A DNA stretch of 64,000 nt. Origin: a virus. Both the position numbers and the translations under genes were made by a program. Below are positions 38,321 through 48,601 of the stretch, in pieces (position 1 is the stretch's first letter; each line of letters opens with the position of its first letter). The stretch spans positions 12,875 to 76,874 of the IMG/VR virus record IMGVR_UViG_3300032298_000540. One strand, given 5' to 3'. The notes under the pieces were generated by a model that saw only the letters and a program-made list of their open reading frames with translations, was not told the DNA's origin and did no database searches.

Positions 38321-40980
38321 TCGTCTGATTCTTTCCCTTCTATTCTCTCATTGTTTTCTTGACAATCCAATGTATCTCCATAGTATTCCTTAAATTTTTC
38401 TTTATCTGCAGATACTTCCATTAACGAAGGATGCTTTCTATTCTCGTCACTATTTCTGATTGCAATATTAAATACCTTCATTCCTTTTGATGTTCTCTTG
38501 TGATAAATATTAAGCTTCAACTGATGTTGACACGTATCAAAAAACAAGGGTTCAAATCTATTCCTTGACATGATATTCACATTAGATCTCTTACAGAATT
38601 CACAGTAACTTGCATACAACCATTTATCCCACATGAGGTATGGCATGTTATGTCCTTCTGGTTTTGCAAAGCCAACAGGACACATCTCCCCTGGTGCAAA
38701 ATAAAGAGTGTGCTCCATCCAATCCAACAAAGGACTAGACCTTAAGCTTTGAGTCTTAGCGTAAGTCTTAAGGAATTGTACCTTATCGCCAGTGTTCATA
38801 ATGTAAGCTCTCATATCTTCTGTGCTCATATCCAATAACCAATTAACCAACCCTGGCAAGAGAGCAGCAAACTCACCTTGTGGATTACCTTCTGAATCAA
38901 ATTTAATTAGTTCTCTCTGTGCAGTGTGACTACCATCAAATGGTCTATCGAATGGAATTGTTAAACGACGACGAGCTAACCCTGATGTATAGTCCGTAGA
39001 TTGAATTGCTTCGTTAGCGGTAATCATTACAAGACCATGAAACTGAAATGGTTCTGGATTCTCTGATTGATATTTACGTTCTATACGAATCCAGTCACCA
39101 CCCGTCAGTGCTTTCAACTTAGATACTGAACCACCCCATCTATCCATATCTTGGAACAACACCAGCTTTTTACCCATCAAGCTAGTACTTTCAAAACGGT
39201 TAGTCTCTAACTGATTAAAATCTGTACTATGTACATTATTTTTACCTACTAGGGCTACAGCAAGGTTGGCGTAAGTACTCTTGCCACTTTTACCGGGGCC
39301 AATAATCTCAATAAATTTTTGCATGTCATAACAACTTAACAAGGTTGCTCGTAACCAAGCCCTAAGAACTTGCACCCGACCCCAGTTATCACGTTGTGTA
39401 TATTTCAACCATGTAATAATGTCTTCACAATTAGCTTCTGAATTGTAGTCATAAGGCATATGTTGCGTAAGGTATAGATTTTTATTGAAAGGTAAAAGTT
39501 TCTTTGCTTCTACATCTAATACACCATTGTTAAACAACAAGTACTTGTTATTGTCATACCACTTATCAAAAAGAAGAGATATCTGTAATTGAGAAAATAT
39601 ATCATTAACTAAATTGATACTAAAACCTTTTGGCACCAGGGACTCACCCATCTTTTGTATTCTGTTTCTTATGTCTCCCTTTACATTTTCTGTGGGCATC
39701 CAAGACCACAAACCCTGGTTATGTAATTCATAACAGAAAAACTTATTCTGGACTCTATTGAATAACAACCTCCCCTTATAATCTTGCATCAATACATCAG
39801 CAATAACACTAGCCGGGGCATTACGTATCTTATCTTTCTTTCCTTTCTCTTGTAATTCCTTTTCTTCTATCAAAGGTAATGTGTTGCGTGTATCAACCAG
39901 TTCCACTGGGGCAATCAAAGCAGTAGTACCATTCATCTGAGGGGTAGGATCAGGGGGATAATTAAAAGTAGTTTCTTGTTCTAAAGCCAAGTTGTTTAAT
40001 AAGAGAGCTGTTTGTTCTACTAGTGCATCATCCGCAGGTAGTATCTTGTGATCTTGCGGTGGATGCCAACCATAATCTTTTGCTACATAGATAATGCTTC
40101 CCACACCTCGCCCACCTTCTTTACTGAAAGACTTCCATCTTTTATGGCATTCACCCTCTTTATATTTATCACTCAACCTTGACCAGTTATCCCAATGCTC
40201 CAGTAATGATTCATCTAATGAATGTAGACTTTGCCCTATAGTTATCCAGATATCGTGATCATCAGCAGCCTCTGGTGGACAGGCATACATACCTTCGAGT
40301 GCTAACTTGATATCTCTTTCAAGAGAAATTGTTGTATTAATAGCAAACCCCGGACCAACAAAACGACTGTGCTCTGCTGCAGGCTTGCCCTGCCTAACAT
40401 TTTTATTTATGATCCCATTCAATAACCAAGCAGGAAGCAATGGTAATTTATGTGCCCATTCAAATCCTTCCCCTTCCGCCGTAAAATAGCCATCGGTCTC
40501 TGGATGTAAACCCATCAATGCCCCTTGGTGTTTTTCCCAAAGGACTTCTAGTTGTTCACGGTTAGCTTCTGCATGCCAAACATATTTATTGCGTGTGAAA
40601 TGTTGCCAGTCTTTACGCTCTAACTTATATAGCTTGCGGAACCTCCCTTCTTTCCCACTCTTAATAGTAAGCGTTTTAGGTAAAGCTTCTTCTAATGAGC
40701 AACCAGCAGTATCAACAATAAGTTTGGCAACACTGGGACCATCAGCATCCACCCATACTAAACCGTAGGGATTATTAAAAGCAGGGCCTGACATCAGACC
40801 GATTGCTTTACAATGCCCTTCTACCAATTCTGTTTCGATTTCACTGACACCGAATGGTTTGTTTTGCCAACCGGCTTTATAAGGATTTTTTCTTTCTCCT
40901 AAAGGAGTTAAGGGCCAATCAAGTGGAATAAGATCAAGCCTTATCTCACCAGGTGCCAGGGAGGTTTTTTGTCCTTTCAT
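38317..40980 (-). CDS. Primase-polymerase / PriCT-2 / D5-like SF3 helicase fusion
   Basis: N-terminal WVDAD prim-pol region; WITIGQSLH..WDNWS..KY...EC..RWKSF; GPGKSGKST; LKALTGGD. Confidence 0.88.
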   Translation of the reverse strand: MKGQKTSLAPGEIRLDLIPLDWPLTPLGERKNPYKAGWQNKPFGVSEIETELVEGHCKAIGLMSGPAFNNPYGLVWVDADGPSVAKLIVDTAGCSLEEALPKTLTIKSGKEGRFRKLYKLERKDWQHFTRNKYVWHAEANREQLEVLWEKHQGALMGLHPETDGYFTAEGEGFEWAHKLPLLPAWLLNGIINKNVRQGKPAAEHSRFVGPGFAINTTISLERDIKLALEGMYACPPEAADDHDIWITIGQSLHSLDESLLEHWDNWSRLSDKYKEGECHKRWKSFSKEGGRGVGSIIYVAKDYGWHPPQDHKILPADDALVEQTALLLNNLALEQETTFNYPPDPTPQMNGTTALIAPVELVDTRNTLPLIEEKELQEKGKKDKIRNAPASVIADVLMQDYKGRLLFNRVQNKFFCYELHNQGLWSWMPTENVKGDIRNRIQKMGESLVPKGFSINLVNDIFSQLQISLLFDKWYDNNKYLLFNNGVLDVEAKKLLPFNKNLYLTQHMPYDYNSEANCEDIITWLKYTQRDNWGRVQVLRAWLRATLLSCYDMQKFIEIIGPGKSGKSTYANLAVALVGKNNVHSTDFNQLETNRFESTSLMGKKLVLFQDMDRWGGSVSKLKALTGGDWIRIERKYQSENPEPFQFHGLVMITANEAIQSTDYTSGLARRRLTIPFDRPFDGSHTAQRELIKFDSEGNPQGEFAALLPGLVNWLLDMSTEDMRAYIMNTGDKVQFLKTYAKTQSLRSSPLLDWMEHTLYFAPGEMCPVGFAKPEGHNMPYLMWDKWLYASYCEFCKRSNVNIMSRNRFEPLFFDTCQHQLKLNIYHKRTSKGMKVFNIAIRNSDENRKHPSLMEVSADKEKFKEYYGDTLDCQENNERIEGKESDE

Positions 40981-41168
40981 TTTGCTGTTGCTTCTTCTTC
41001 TAGTGTATATGTAAAAGGTTGCTGAGAAAAATTAGATTCTTTTACAAGGAGAAAGGCATGAACGTGTTGGGACGACGGGAGGCGAAAACAAGTTGGTATG
41101 TCAGTGTTTCCTGACATCTGTTCCACTAAGGTCTTCATCCACTGTCCTGTGCTGACGTAAATGTCCAT
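40977..41168 (-). CDS. Small hypothetical protein
   Basis: Coupled to the primase start. Confidence 0.5.
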   Translation of the reverse strand: MDIYVSTGQWMKTLVEQMSGNTDIPTCFRLPSSQHVHAFLLVKESNFSQQPFTYTLEEEATAK

Positions 41169-41229
41169 CCCCTTGTGGCAACATCTACCATCCTACCGCC
41201 ACTGATGTGACCCAATCTCTAAGGAATCT

Positions 41230-42030
41230 TTAAATTAGATCAGGATCATGCATCACCTGATTCTCCATCTGTTGATAGTATTCCTCTACAATCTTGAACC
41301 AATCTTCCCTTAAGCTATCCAAAAACCTCCTGGATATTTTAAAAACTTGTGTCCTGATAGGAGTTGAAACAAGGATGGCTGCCTGCTGGACCTTCATCCC
41401 AAGAGTCTGTTCGATACCTAAGTCGTATGCAGCTAGTTGTTTTAAAGTCTTTTTAAATTTCATGTGACCTCCCAGTAGATCACGCCATTCAGCCGAACCT
41501 TTCTCTAGATCTTTAGGCCAATTTCTTGAATAAGGTTTAACACTAGTCTTGAGATCAGCTAATGTTAACTTGTTGTTAACCACCCCAATAAGGTCAGGTG
41601 ATCCAGCCCAAGCTCTATCTTCATGGTCCTTACCCCATACTCTGCCTACCCCATCTTCTGACAAAGCAAATTGATGTTTATCTAGTAGGGGTGTCTCAGC
41701 CCAAAGTATCTCATCAAACTGATCTAATATCTTTGGCATCCCTTCCCAGTAAGGTTGGTAATCCTCGGGTATTTCAACTGGAACCTTCTTACAGTAATTC
41801 TCCATACAACTATGTATAAAGGTACCTCTCTCCGCAGCAGCTTCTTTTACACCAGGATTATTCTTAGACCACATCTCCAGTTTTTTCTTGTTGGCTTCTG
41901 ATGCAGTCTCCGAAAGAATTGTGGTTACTGAAGGTGCAGGCCCCGTATAGAACGGTGTATTGTAATGGCGTTTACCATTAATTGTGACCCTGGAAGGTAG
42001 CTGATTTAATTCTGCGTAATCAACAGACAT
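41230..42030 (-). CDS. PD-(D/E)XK exonuclease
   Basis: PSVTTIL, RGTFIH, AGSPD, LADLKTS and QLAAY. Confidence 0.85.
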   Translation of the reverse strand: MSVDYAELNQLPSRVTINGKRHYNTPFYTGPAPSVTTILSETASEANKKKLEMWSKNNPGVKEAAAERGTFIHSCMENYCKKVPVEIPEDYQPYWEGMPKILDQFDEILWAETPLLDKHQFALSEDGVGRVWGKDHEDRAWAGSPDLIGVVNNKLTLADLKTSVKPYSRNWPKDLEKGSAEWRDLLGGHMKFKKTLKQLAAYDLGIEQTLGMKVQQAAILVSTPIRTQVFKISRRFLDSLREDWFKIVEEYYQQMENQVMHDPDLI

Positions 42031-42178
42031 TACAAGGTTTTAACTTATCTTAAATATAGTCTATCTCAGAATTTAATACGATCCTACCTATTCTCTTAAT
42101 ATTTTCTTTATTGTTGTTACCTCTTCTTTTCTTCCGTTATACTTGATCTAAACCCCCTACTCTTATGTGTCCCTCATT

Positions 42179-42325
42179 ATGAGCTGTAATATTTCTCGCT
42201 TCTACATCTGTACGGACAAGGAAGAGTCGGATGGATACGTCACAGATATTTTGACTGATGAAGCTGATGAATACGAAGTAACTCTTATTGCTAAGGACGC
42301 AGATTACCTACGTATAGACCTATGA
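42179..42325 (+). CDS. Small acidic protein, 48 aa (not in ORF track)
   Basis: ATGA-coupled to the GT2 gene. Confidence 0.5.
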   Translation: MSCNISRFYICTDKEESDGYVTDILTDEADEYEVTLIAKDADYLRIDL

Positions 42326-43056
42326 AAAAACTTGACTTGATCGCTGTCCCCATCCTGGTAGACGGCGACAAACTCATACGTCATTTTGAAACAATTGATG
42401 TACCCCTTAAACGGTATTTCATCCTAGATAACTCCATGGGCAAAGACCCTTCCGTGGGTGAAGCCATAAAACATATCATCAACTGGAAGCCAGCACACAT
42501 TGATAAAGTTGTTGTCTGTTCCCTGCCACAAAACGTAGGCTTCCCTGGGGCAGTAAACCTAATAGTCCGTCAGAATACTGACTGCAACCACTGGATTATT
42601 ACAGGATTTGATTGGTGGGTAGCCCCTAGTGAATGGCAGAAAGTCCTTAGTAAAATCGATCTGCTCCCCTTTGGTGCAACCCTTGGCACTGGAAACGATG
42701 AGATGTGTGGTCTCGTATTAACTCCTACGCTTTTAGATCGTGTGGGTTGCTTTGATGAAAACTTTTTCCCCGGTTACTTTGAAGACAACGACTATCGCTA
42801 CCGTCTTAAGCTAACCAATACCAAGATTACATCCATCCCCCTTACTAATGAACACCAGACGAGCAGCACTTTAAAAAGTTCTACTATCTTCCAACAAAAA
42901 AACAACTTTACATTCCAAGAAAATTACAACTATTATATAAAGAAATGGGGAGGACCTCCCAACAAGGAAACCTATGTTACGCCTTTTAACAAAAACTATC
43001 CAGTCGATTACTGGAAATATGATCCAACCCGAACGCAACGACTTAGGTGGATCTGA
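42322..43056 (+). CDS. GT2-like glycosyltransferase
   Basis: ILDN, NVGFPGAVN and VGCFDENFFPGYFEDNDY. Confidence 0.85.
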   Translation: MKKLDLIAVPILVDGDKLIRHFETIDVPLKRYFILDNSMGKDPSVGEAIKHIINWKPAHIDKVVVCSLPQNVGFPGAVNLIVRQNTDCNHWIITGFDWWVAPSEWQKVLSKIDLLPFGATLGTGNDEMCGLVLTPTLLDRVGCFDENFFPGYFEDNDYRYRLKLTNTKITSIPLTNEHQTSSTLKSSTIFQQKNNFTFQENYNYYIKKWGGPPNKETYVTPFNKNYPVDYWKYDPTRTQRLRWI

Positions 43057-44215
43057 ACAAACCTTAGTTAATCTAGGTACCCAACCTTTAGTCAACAACT
43101 TGTGTAAGACAAGGAAGGAAGCTCTATCAGCTAAACGCTATCCATTGAAGGCGACCATAGATGACAAGCTAGTTATTAAACTTAATACTGCTGTACCACC
43201 AGACAAGTTATACAAGAACTACCTTTATCATTCAGGAGTCAACAGGCCTTACATTAACCACTGCTACCTTCTCTGGCACAAACTAAAACATCTCACACAC
43301 AATACCATTATTGACATTGGAGGAAACGATGGCACACTCCTTAAAGCTTTTCAATCGCAGACAACAGATAAACTACGTTTGATTAATGTAGATGCCAGTA
43401 CTTCTTTCTTAGAAGAAAATCGTATTGCCAATATTGAATACGTTAATGCATACTTCAATAAAGACTTAGCCTTACCTAAAGCTGATCTAATAATCTCTAC
43501 TAATGTATTTCAACATACTTCAGATGCCCGTAAATTTGTTGAAGGCATCAAGGAACACCTAGATGGTGTATGGATTCTTGAATTTCCTTACACGTTAAAT
43601 ACCCTTAAGACTTTACAGTTTGATCAGTTTTATCACGAACATTATTACTATTGGCTTGTGTCACCGCTACAAAAATTATTTGAAGAGTATGACCTACACA
43701 TCTTTAATGCAGAAGAACTTCCTATACATGGGGGAACAATGCGTCTATGGATAACAAATAAAGAAGTCTATGCCAGTACAAACGCGCATCTTGGCTTTAT
43801 AAAGCAAGAACAGGAGTTTGATTTTAAACAATGCCGTTCTAAACTTGATGTAAAAATTGTAAAAGATATATGTTTTCTTAATAATCTAGAAGGAGAGACT
43901 GCCTACTTTGGGGCAGCGGCCAAAGGATGTGTATACCTGAATGCATTAGATGTAACAACTGCTACTAAACCCAGGGCTTATGTTGTTGATGACACTATAT
44001 CCAAACAAGGTCTATACGTTCCTGGTACTGGGATGCAAATTATGGATCGTGATTACCTATACAAGAATCAACCAGATAATTTGATTGTGTTAGCCCACAA
44101 CTTTAAAGATTACATTATCAAAAGTTTAAGGCCTCACTACAAAGGACGTATTATTACAATGCTTCCTGCCACCGAGATTAGTATGTATAGTGACTATATG
44201 AATGATCTGGAATGA
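42974..44215 (+). CDS. NDP-sugar C-methyltransferase-like class I SAM methyltransferase (start uncertain)
   Basis: LGTQPLVN, IDIGGNDGTLL, FDQFYHEHYYY, IHGGTMR, FGAAAKG and VLAHNFKD. Confidence 0.85.
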   Translation: MLRLLTKTIQSITGNMIQPERNDLGGSEQTLVNLGTQPLVNNLCKTRKEALSAKRYPLKATIDDKLVIKLNTAVPPDKLYKNYLYHSGVNRPYINHCYLLWHKLKHLTHNTIIDIGGNDGTLLKAFQSQTTDKLRLINVDASTSFLEENRIANIEYVNAYFNKDLALPKADLIISTNVFQHTSDARKFVEGIKEHLDGVWILEFPYTLNTLKTLQFDQFYHEHYYYWLVSPLQKLFEEYDLHIFNAEELPIHGGTMRLWITNKEVYASTNAHLGFIKQEQEFDFKQCRSKLDVKIVKDICFLNNLEGETAYFGAAAKGCVYLNALDVTTATKPRAYVVDDTISKQGLYVPGTGMQIMDRDYLYKNQPDNLIVLAHNFKDYIIKSLRPHYKGRIITMLPATEISMYSDYMNDLE

Positions 44216-45552
44216 TGACTAAACTTGCTGTCTTCTATCATGTGTTTCCTTGTGAACCTCATGCATGGGAAGCCATGTACCAAGAACAGATGGGAGCAGT
44301 TTGGTTGAGTGGTCTTTATGATTCCCTAGATTATTTTCATATAGGAGTAAATGGAGATCCCTCTTTAATCAAAGCTCCAGCCAAGGCTGTCGTAATAGAA
44401 AATACTAACAAGACAGAAGAAACAAATACGTTAGAAGCGTTACATACCTGGGCAAAAGCTAATCCAGATTCGTATGTATTGTATATGCATACCAAAGGAA
44501 TCTCACGTATAGATCAACCAGACTTCAAGTATGTAGAAGATTGGCGTCATTGCATGGAATATTTTACAATTCATAACTGGTCTAAGTGTGTGTCTTATCT
44601 AGACGAGGGGTATGCAACAACAGGAATCAACTGGCAAACACAAACAATGCTAGGTGACTACCCCCATTTCTCTGGAGGATTCTGGTGGGCAAACACCAAC
44701 TACATTGCAGCCTTGACCGATGAGTACCTGCTTCATAAACCGGTACGTTACTTTAGAGAATTCTGGATCGGTAGTAATAATCCAACAGTTAAAAACCAAT
44801 GGGAAACAGGATTAAATAAATTAAATAACGCTCAGCATTATGCACAACCTTACCCTAAAACCAGTTATAGTAAAAAATATCTGACAGATACTGAGCCTCC
44901 CAAGATGACAACAACTCAAACCAAACCAAAACTATCTGCTCTTTCCTGGTGTAACCCAGCAAATGACATTGTAGAAATCCTAGATAAACACAAGGTAAAT
45001 GGGTTTGAATATCCAGGTGGAACAGATAAAAACAGTCTGCACAACTACACAGGGATCTATGATCATGTGCTGAAAAGTTATCGTAACTCCCCTGGAACCC
45101 TACTAGAGATAGGTATACAGCATGGTGGATCTTCTTTATTGTGGCATGATTACCTACCTCAATTTTCTTTACATCTAGTTGATATTGCAGATGTTGTCCC
45201 TAGTAAAATCTGGAACAGCATGGACGAAGATCGTTATAAATTCTATTGTACTAATGCATATGATGATAGTTTAGTACAACGGTTTAAAGAAGAAGTACCC
45301 AACGGTTTTGATATTATTATTGATGATGGTCCACACTCTTTACATAGTCAAAACTTTGTTGTGGACAATTACTTTCCCTTATTAAATCTTAATGGTATTT
45401 TAATAATTGAAGATATTCAAGACAGTAATCATCTTGATGTTTTAACCAGTCGGCTGCCTGCAGAACACCGTAGTTCTGTACGTACATTTGACGTACGCCG
45501 AACCAAAGGTAGGTATGACGATTTGATCTGGACAGTAACCAAGACCTGCTAA
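44212..45552 (+). CDS. Glycosyltransferase-like domain fused to a class I SAM (O-)methyltransferase
   Basis: N-part VLYMHTKG..WR..MEYF..HFSGGFWWA..EFWIG; C-part TDK..H.Y, LEIGIQHGGS, FDIIIDDGPH and IIEDI. Confidence 0.75.
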   Translation: MMTKLAVFYHVFPCEPHAWEAMYQEQMGAVWLSGLYDSLDYFHIGVNGDPSLIKAPAKAVVIENTNKTEETNTLEALHTWAKANPDSYVLYMHTKGISRIDQPDFKYVEDWRHCMEYFTIHNWSKCVSYLDEGYATTGINWQTQTMLGDYPHFSGGFWWANTNYIAALTDEYLLHKPVRYFREFWIGSNNPTVKNQWETGLNKLNNAQHYAQPYPKTSYSKKYLTDTEPPKMTTTQTKPKLSALSWCNPANDIVEILDKHKVNGFEYPGGTDKNSLHNYTGIYDHVLKSYRNSPGTLLEIGIQHGGSSLLWHDYLPQFSLHLVDIADVVPSKIWNSMDEDRYKFYCTNAYDDSLVQRFKEEVPNGFDIIIDDGPHSLHSQNFVVDNYFPLLNLNGILIIEDIQDSNHLDVLTSRLPAEHRSSVRTFDVRRTKGRYDDLIWTVTKTC

Positions 45553-45594
45553 CATAACACAAGACAATTATTCCCACCTAACCAAAGCAATCCC

Positions 45595-45795
45595 ATGGCA
45601 CTCACCAAACAAGTAGATGACTCTGTAAACGAAGCAATCGCAAGCTTACGTAATGGCTTAGCTTTCTCCGCTCGTGGAGAACACCCTATTATTATCCAAG
45701 CTTTATCTGAAGTTCTTCTTAAGTTAGATGCTATTAAAAGCATTGAACACTTCATCAATAGAGCAAGTGATCCATCTAAGTGTGGTCCCTATTAA
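45595..45795 (+). CDS. Small hypothetical protein
   Basis: MALTKQVDDS..LRNGLAFSARGE. Confidence 0.6.
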   Translation: MALTKQVDDSVNEAIASLRNGLAFSARGEHPIIIQALSEVLLKLDAIKSIEHFINRASDPSKCGPY

Positions 45796-46868
45796 GCAAA
45801 GGGAACCCGTTGACCTCTAGGATTTATCTTATCCCAAATAGGAGACGGTCTAAACTTTGGATCACCGGGAGTTTTAATTTGATTTGGATTCCATCCTTCA
45901 GTAGGAAGAGGAGTATAAGGTCCACTTGGTTCAGTAGCCATTAGTTTATTTTCATCTTCAAATACACTTAAGTTATTTAATAAACTAACAGTATTTGAAA
46001 ATTCTTCAGTAGGAGAAGTTCTTTGTTCTGTTTGCTCTATTTTAGATTTTTTTAATTGTGTTAATAAGTCATCATATTTAGTTAATGTTTCATCTTTACT
46101 AACAGAAGAAGTTTGTGGTGTTACCTTTGCTACAAAATTCTCATATGTTTTTTCTGGTGTTTCTGATAACCCTGGTCCTGTTGAAGGACTGTTTTTAAAA
46201 GGCTCTATTAGGTTATATCCCTCTCCAGGTTTGAATTTAGAGCCAGGTGTAATAATGGGGATAATACCCCTGGGATCATATGAACGTGGATCTGTATAAC
46301 CAGAAGGACCTGGTTTAACTTGAGCTACAAAATTCTCGTATCTACTCTCAGGTGTTTCTGAACTAGCACTTTTTGTAGGTGATTTTGGTTCGGGTGGTTT
46401 TGGTTCAGGTGCTTTATACCCAGGACCTAGTGTGCCACTTTTAGGCCATTGAATATTAAAAGGATCTCCATATCCTGCCTTACCAGATTGATTATATCCA
46501 GCAATTAAATCTCCTTGATTAGTATTATTTAAAAGATTTTCAAATTGATTTTTTTTATTTTCTTCTTCTTCATTTAAAGAAGAGTTTTCTACCTTTACAG
46601 TGGTGTCTTCTTTTGTAGAGTCAGCAGCTTTTCCATAGTCTACAGTTTGTGAAATCCCTTGTGGCATAGATTCAAGTTGTCTTCTCCTAGAATATTCTTC
46701 AAATGATTCACTCTTTGGAGCTACTATACCGTTAAGTGCATCAAGAGCTGTTTGATTTTGTACTATTTTGTAATATTGTTTTGCCTGATCAACCGTTGCA
46801 GGTGAATAAACAGGAGTACCCCAGCCTCTGCGTATAGTTTCAAATTCCTGTAAATAATCTTTAGCCAT
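45792..46868 (-). CDS. Low-complexity Pro/Lys/Ser-rich protein with internal repeat
   Basis: SETPESRYENFVAQV / SETPEKTYENFVAKV. Confidence 0.6.
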   Translation of the reverse strand: MAKDYLQEFETIRRGWGTPVYSPATVDQAKQYYKIVQNQTALDALNGIVAPKSESFEEYSRRRQLESMPQGISQTVDYGKAADSTKEDTTVKVENSSLNEEEENKKNQFENLLNNTNQGDLIAGYNQSGKAGYGDPFNIQWPKSGTLGPGYKAPEPKPPEPKSPTKSASSETPESRYENFVAQVKPGPSGYTDPRSYDPRGIIPIITPGSKFKPGEGYNLIEPFKNSPSTGPGLSETPEKTYENFVAKVTPQTSSVSKDETLTKYDDLLTQLKKSKIEQTEQRTSPTEEFSNTVSLLNNLSVFEDENKLMATEPSGPYTPLPTEGWNPNQIKTPGDPKFRPSPIWDKINPRGQRVPFA

Positions 46869-46924
46869 TTAACTTCTTACTATCACTTTATATATTCTAC
46901 TAGTAAAAAATTTAAGATTTAAAT

Positions 46925-47122
46925 TTATTTCTTTTTAGGTGTTCTTGCTTTCTTGCTAGCTTTCTTAGCTGCTTCCGTATTAGGTACAAATTGTTTACCT
47001 TGTTTACTACCAGCTTTTTTCTTTGCGTCAGTTTTAGCTCGTTCTTCTTTTGATAAAGAAGCCCATGCTTTCTCTGGTAGGTAACGTTTAGTCTGATCAG
47101 GTTGTATTGCTTTGTCAGCCAT
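46925..47122 (-). CDS. Basic protein, C-terminal half of a DUF5872-like family
   Basis: RYLPEKAWASLS.EE...TD.KK..G...GKQFVPN. Confidence 0.55.
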   Translation of the reverse strand: MADKAIQPDQTKRYLPEKAWASLSKEERAKTDAKKKAGSKQGKQFVPNTEAAKKASKKARTPKKK

Positions 47123-47125
47123 GAT

Positions 47126-47356
47126 TTAACCTAATATGCCAGTAGTTGCTTGCATAATGATAAATTTAATTTCATCTGAATATGGGCTATTTTTTAATTC
47201 GGACATTTTAAAGGGAGATTGAAAATTTAATGCTGCATGCTTTAACTCAGGGTTTGTTGATTGAGTTGCATACCGCTGCATTATTTGTTTGTCAGGCATT
47301 ACGTCTGGTTCAAAATATGGCCTATTGTTTTGTGTGTATTTACCAGCTAATTCCAT
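47126..47356 (-). CDS. Hypothetical protein
   Basis: 76-aa ORF. Confidence 0.5.
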   Translation of the reverse strand: MELAGKYTQNNRPYFEPDVMPDKQIMQRYATQSTNPELKHAALNFQSPFKMSELKNSPYSDEIKFIIMQATTGILG

Positions 47357-47640
47357 TACTTACTCTCCTTATATTTTTTAGCAGCAGCTTTAGCTTTACT
47401 ACGTTTTTCGTATTCATCTTTTGTTTGCCATTTTTCTTTCCCCCATTTTTCCAACGATTTTTGTTTAGAGTCTTTTCCACCTTGGTACCCACCACCAGCT
47501 TTTTCATATTCTTGTGCAACAAGTTGAGCCCTCCTAGCACTCCATTGACCAGGCTTCCCTGCTTTGCTACCTGCCATTATACGATCTTTGATACGTTCAC
47601 GTAACTCAGGCTTAGTATATTTGTTAGCATCTTGTGACAT
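47356..47640 (-). CDS. Basic protein, N-terminal half of a DUF5872-like family
   Basis: YTKPELRERIK...GKPGQWSARRAQL...YEKAGGGY...SLEKW.KE.W.TK. Confidence 0.6.
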   Translation of the reverse strand: MSQDANKYTKPELRERIKDRIMAGSKAGKPGQWSARRAQLVAQEYEKAGGGYQGGKDSKQKSLEKWGKEKWQTKDEYEKRSKAKAAAKKYKESK

Positions 47641-48188
47641 TAACTACTCCTTAAAGTAGCTTTAACCATCCATGCAGCCTTAAAGATTTCTCCTGCTAGT
47701 TCTGCTATATAATTTTGAATATCAATAGCATGCACCTTAGCAGCAAGAGCTTCTACTTTCTTGCAGTGCATAGCAAAATCTTCTAAGTTTTTATAGTATG
47801 TAACTAACATATCATTTGCTTTATAGCTAGTAACATCTTTAAATGCAGGACAGCTATCAGCTAATCCCTTGGAACACATAGGCATTAGATAATCCATAGA
47901 ACGTATGAATTCACCTAAGTTATCAAACTGTTCTTGATGTGCTTCATATTGTTTCTTTAGGAATTCATGGACACCAAAGAAATTTGGTGCTTCATAATTT
48001 AAATGTATTAGATGTGCCTGTGTTCTCAGTTCTGTTAATTGAGCACAGAGTGAAATACATTCTTGTATAAAAGATGCAATGTCTTCATCGGTAGATTTTG
48101 CAGGTAGATTTACTTTAGTAGGTTGAGATACCTCTTGAGTAGCAGGGGTTTGAGGTTGTCTAACCATTTGTGGTCCAGGGGTATACAT
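47640..48188 (-). CDS. dps: Dps/ferritin-like protein
   Basis: AHLIHLNYEAPNFFGVHEFL..QYE.....D..GE and AAWM. Confidence 0.78.
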   Translation of the reverse strand: MYTPGPQMVRQPQTPATQEVSQPTKVNLPAKSTDEDIASFIQECISLCAQLTELRTQAHLIHLNYEAPNFFGVHEFLKKQYEAHQEQFDNLGEFIRSMDYLMPMCSKGLADSCPAFKDVTSYKANDMLVTYYKNLEDFAMHCKKVEALAAKVHAIDIQNYIAELAGEIFKAAWMVKATLRSS

Positions 48189-48265
48189 ACAATCTTTACT
48201 ATTACATATAGTCTATCAAAGTTTATTTTAAAAATCTTAAATTAGAATAAGAAAAAGAGTTTGTT

Positions 48266-48601
48266 ATGGCTAACGCAGAAAGTTTCTTTGTTACATACGA
48301 TACATTAACAGCACCTGGATCTGGAGTTGCGACACCTGTTCAACTAGGTAGTTCTATTAGCACAAGGAATTATATTTTGTTTGTTACTGTTGCATCTGTT
48401 AACACTAACGTCATTGTTGCGTTAGAAGGTTCTATTGATGGTACAAATTATTCAAAAATAATTGCTAACAATACTATTACTGCTAATGGTACAACTCATT
48501 ACAATATTGCTAATCACCCAGTTAAATTTGTACAACCTGTTTTTGTATCTGAATCAGGTGGTACAGCAGCTACTGTATTGTTCAGTGTAGGGGCAAATTA
48601 G
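48266..48601 (+). CDS. Small beta-rich protein (possibly structural)
   Basis: LEGSIDGTNY motif; TAGAAT upstream. Confidence 0.6.
   Translation: MANAESFFVTYDTLTAPGSGVATPVQLGSSISTRNYILFVTVASVNTNVIVALEGSIDGTNYSKIIANNTITANGTTHYNIANHPVKFVQPVFVSESGGTAATVLFSVGAN

Noticed and set aside
15673-42044. 15-bp inverted match GTTAAAACCTTGTAA (15673 and 42030) as an att or operator site
   Set aside because: One AT-rich 15-mer match is expected by chance in 64 kb; no other support.
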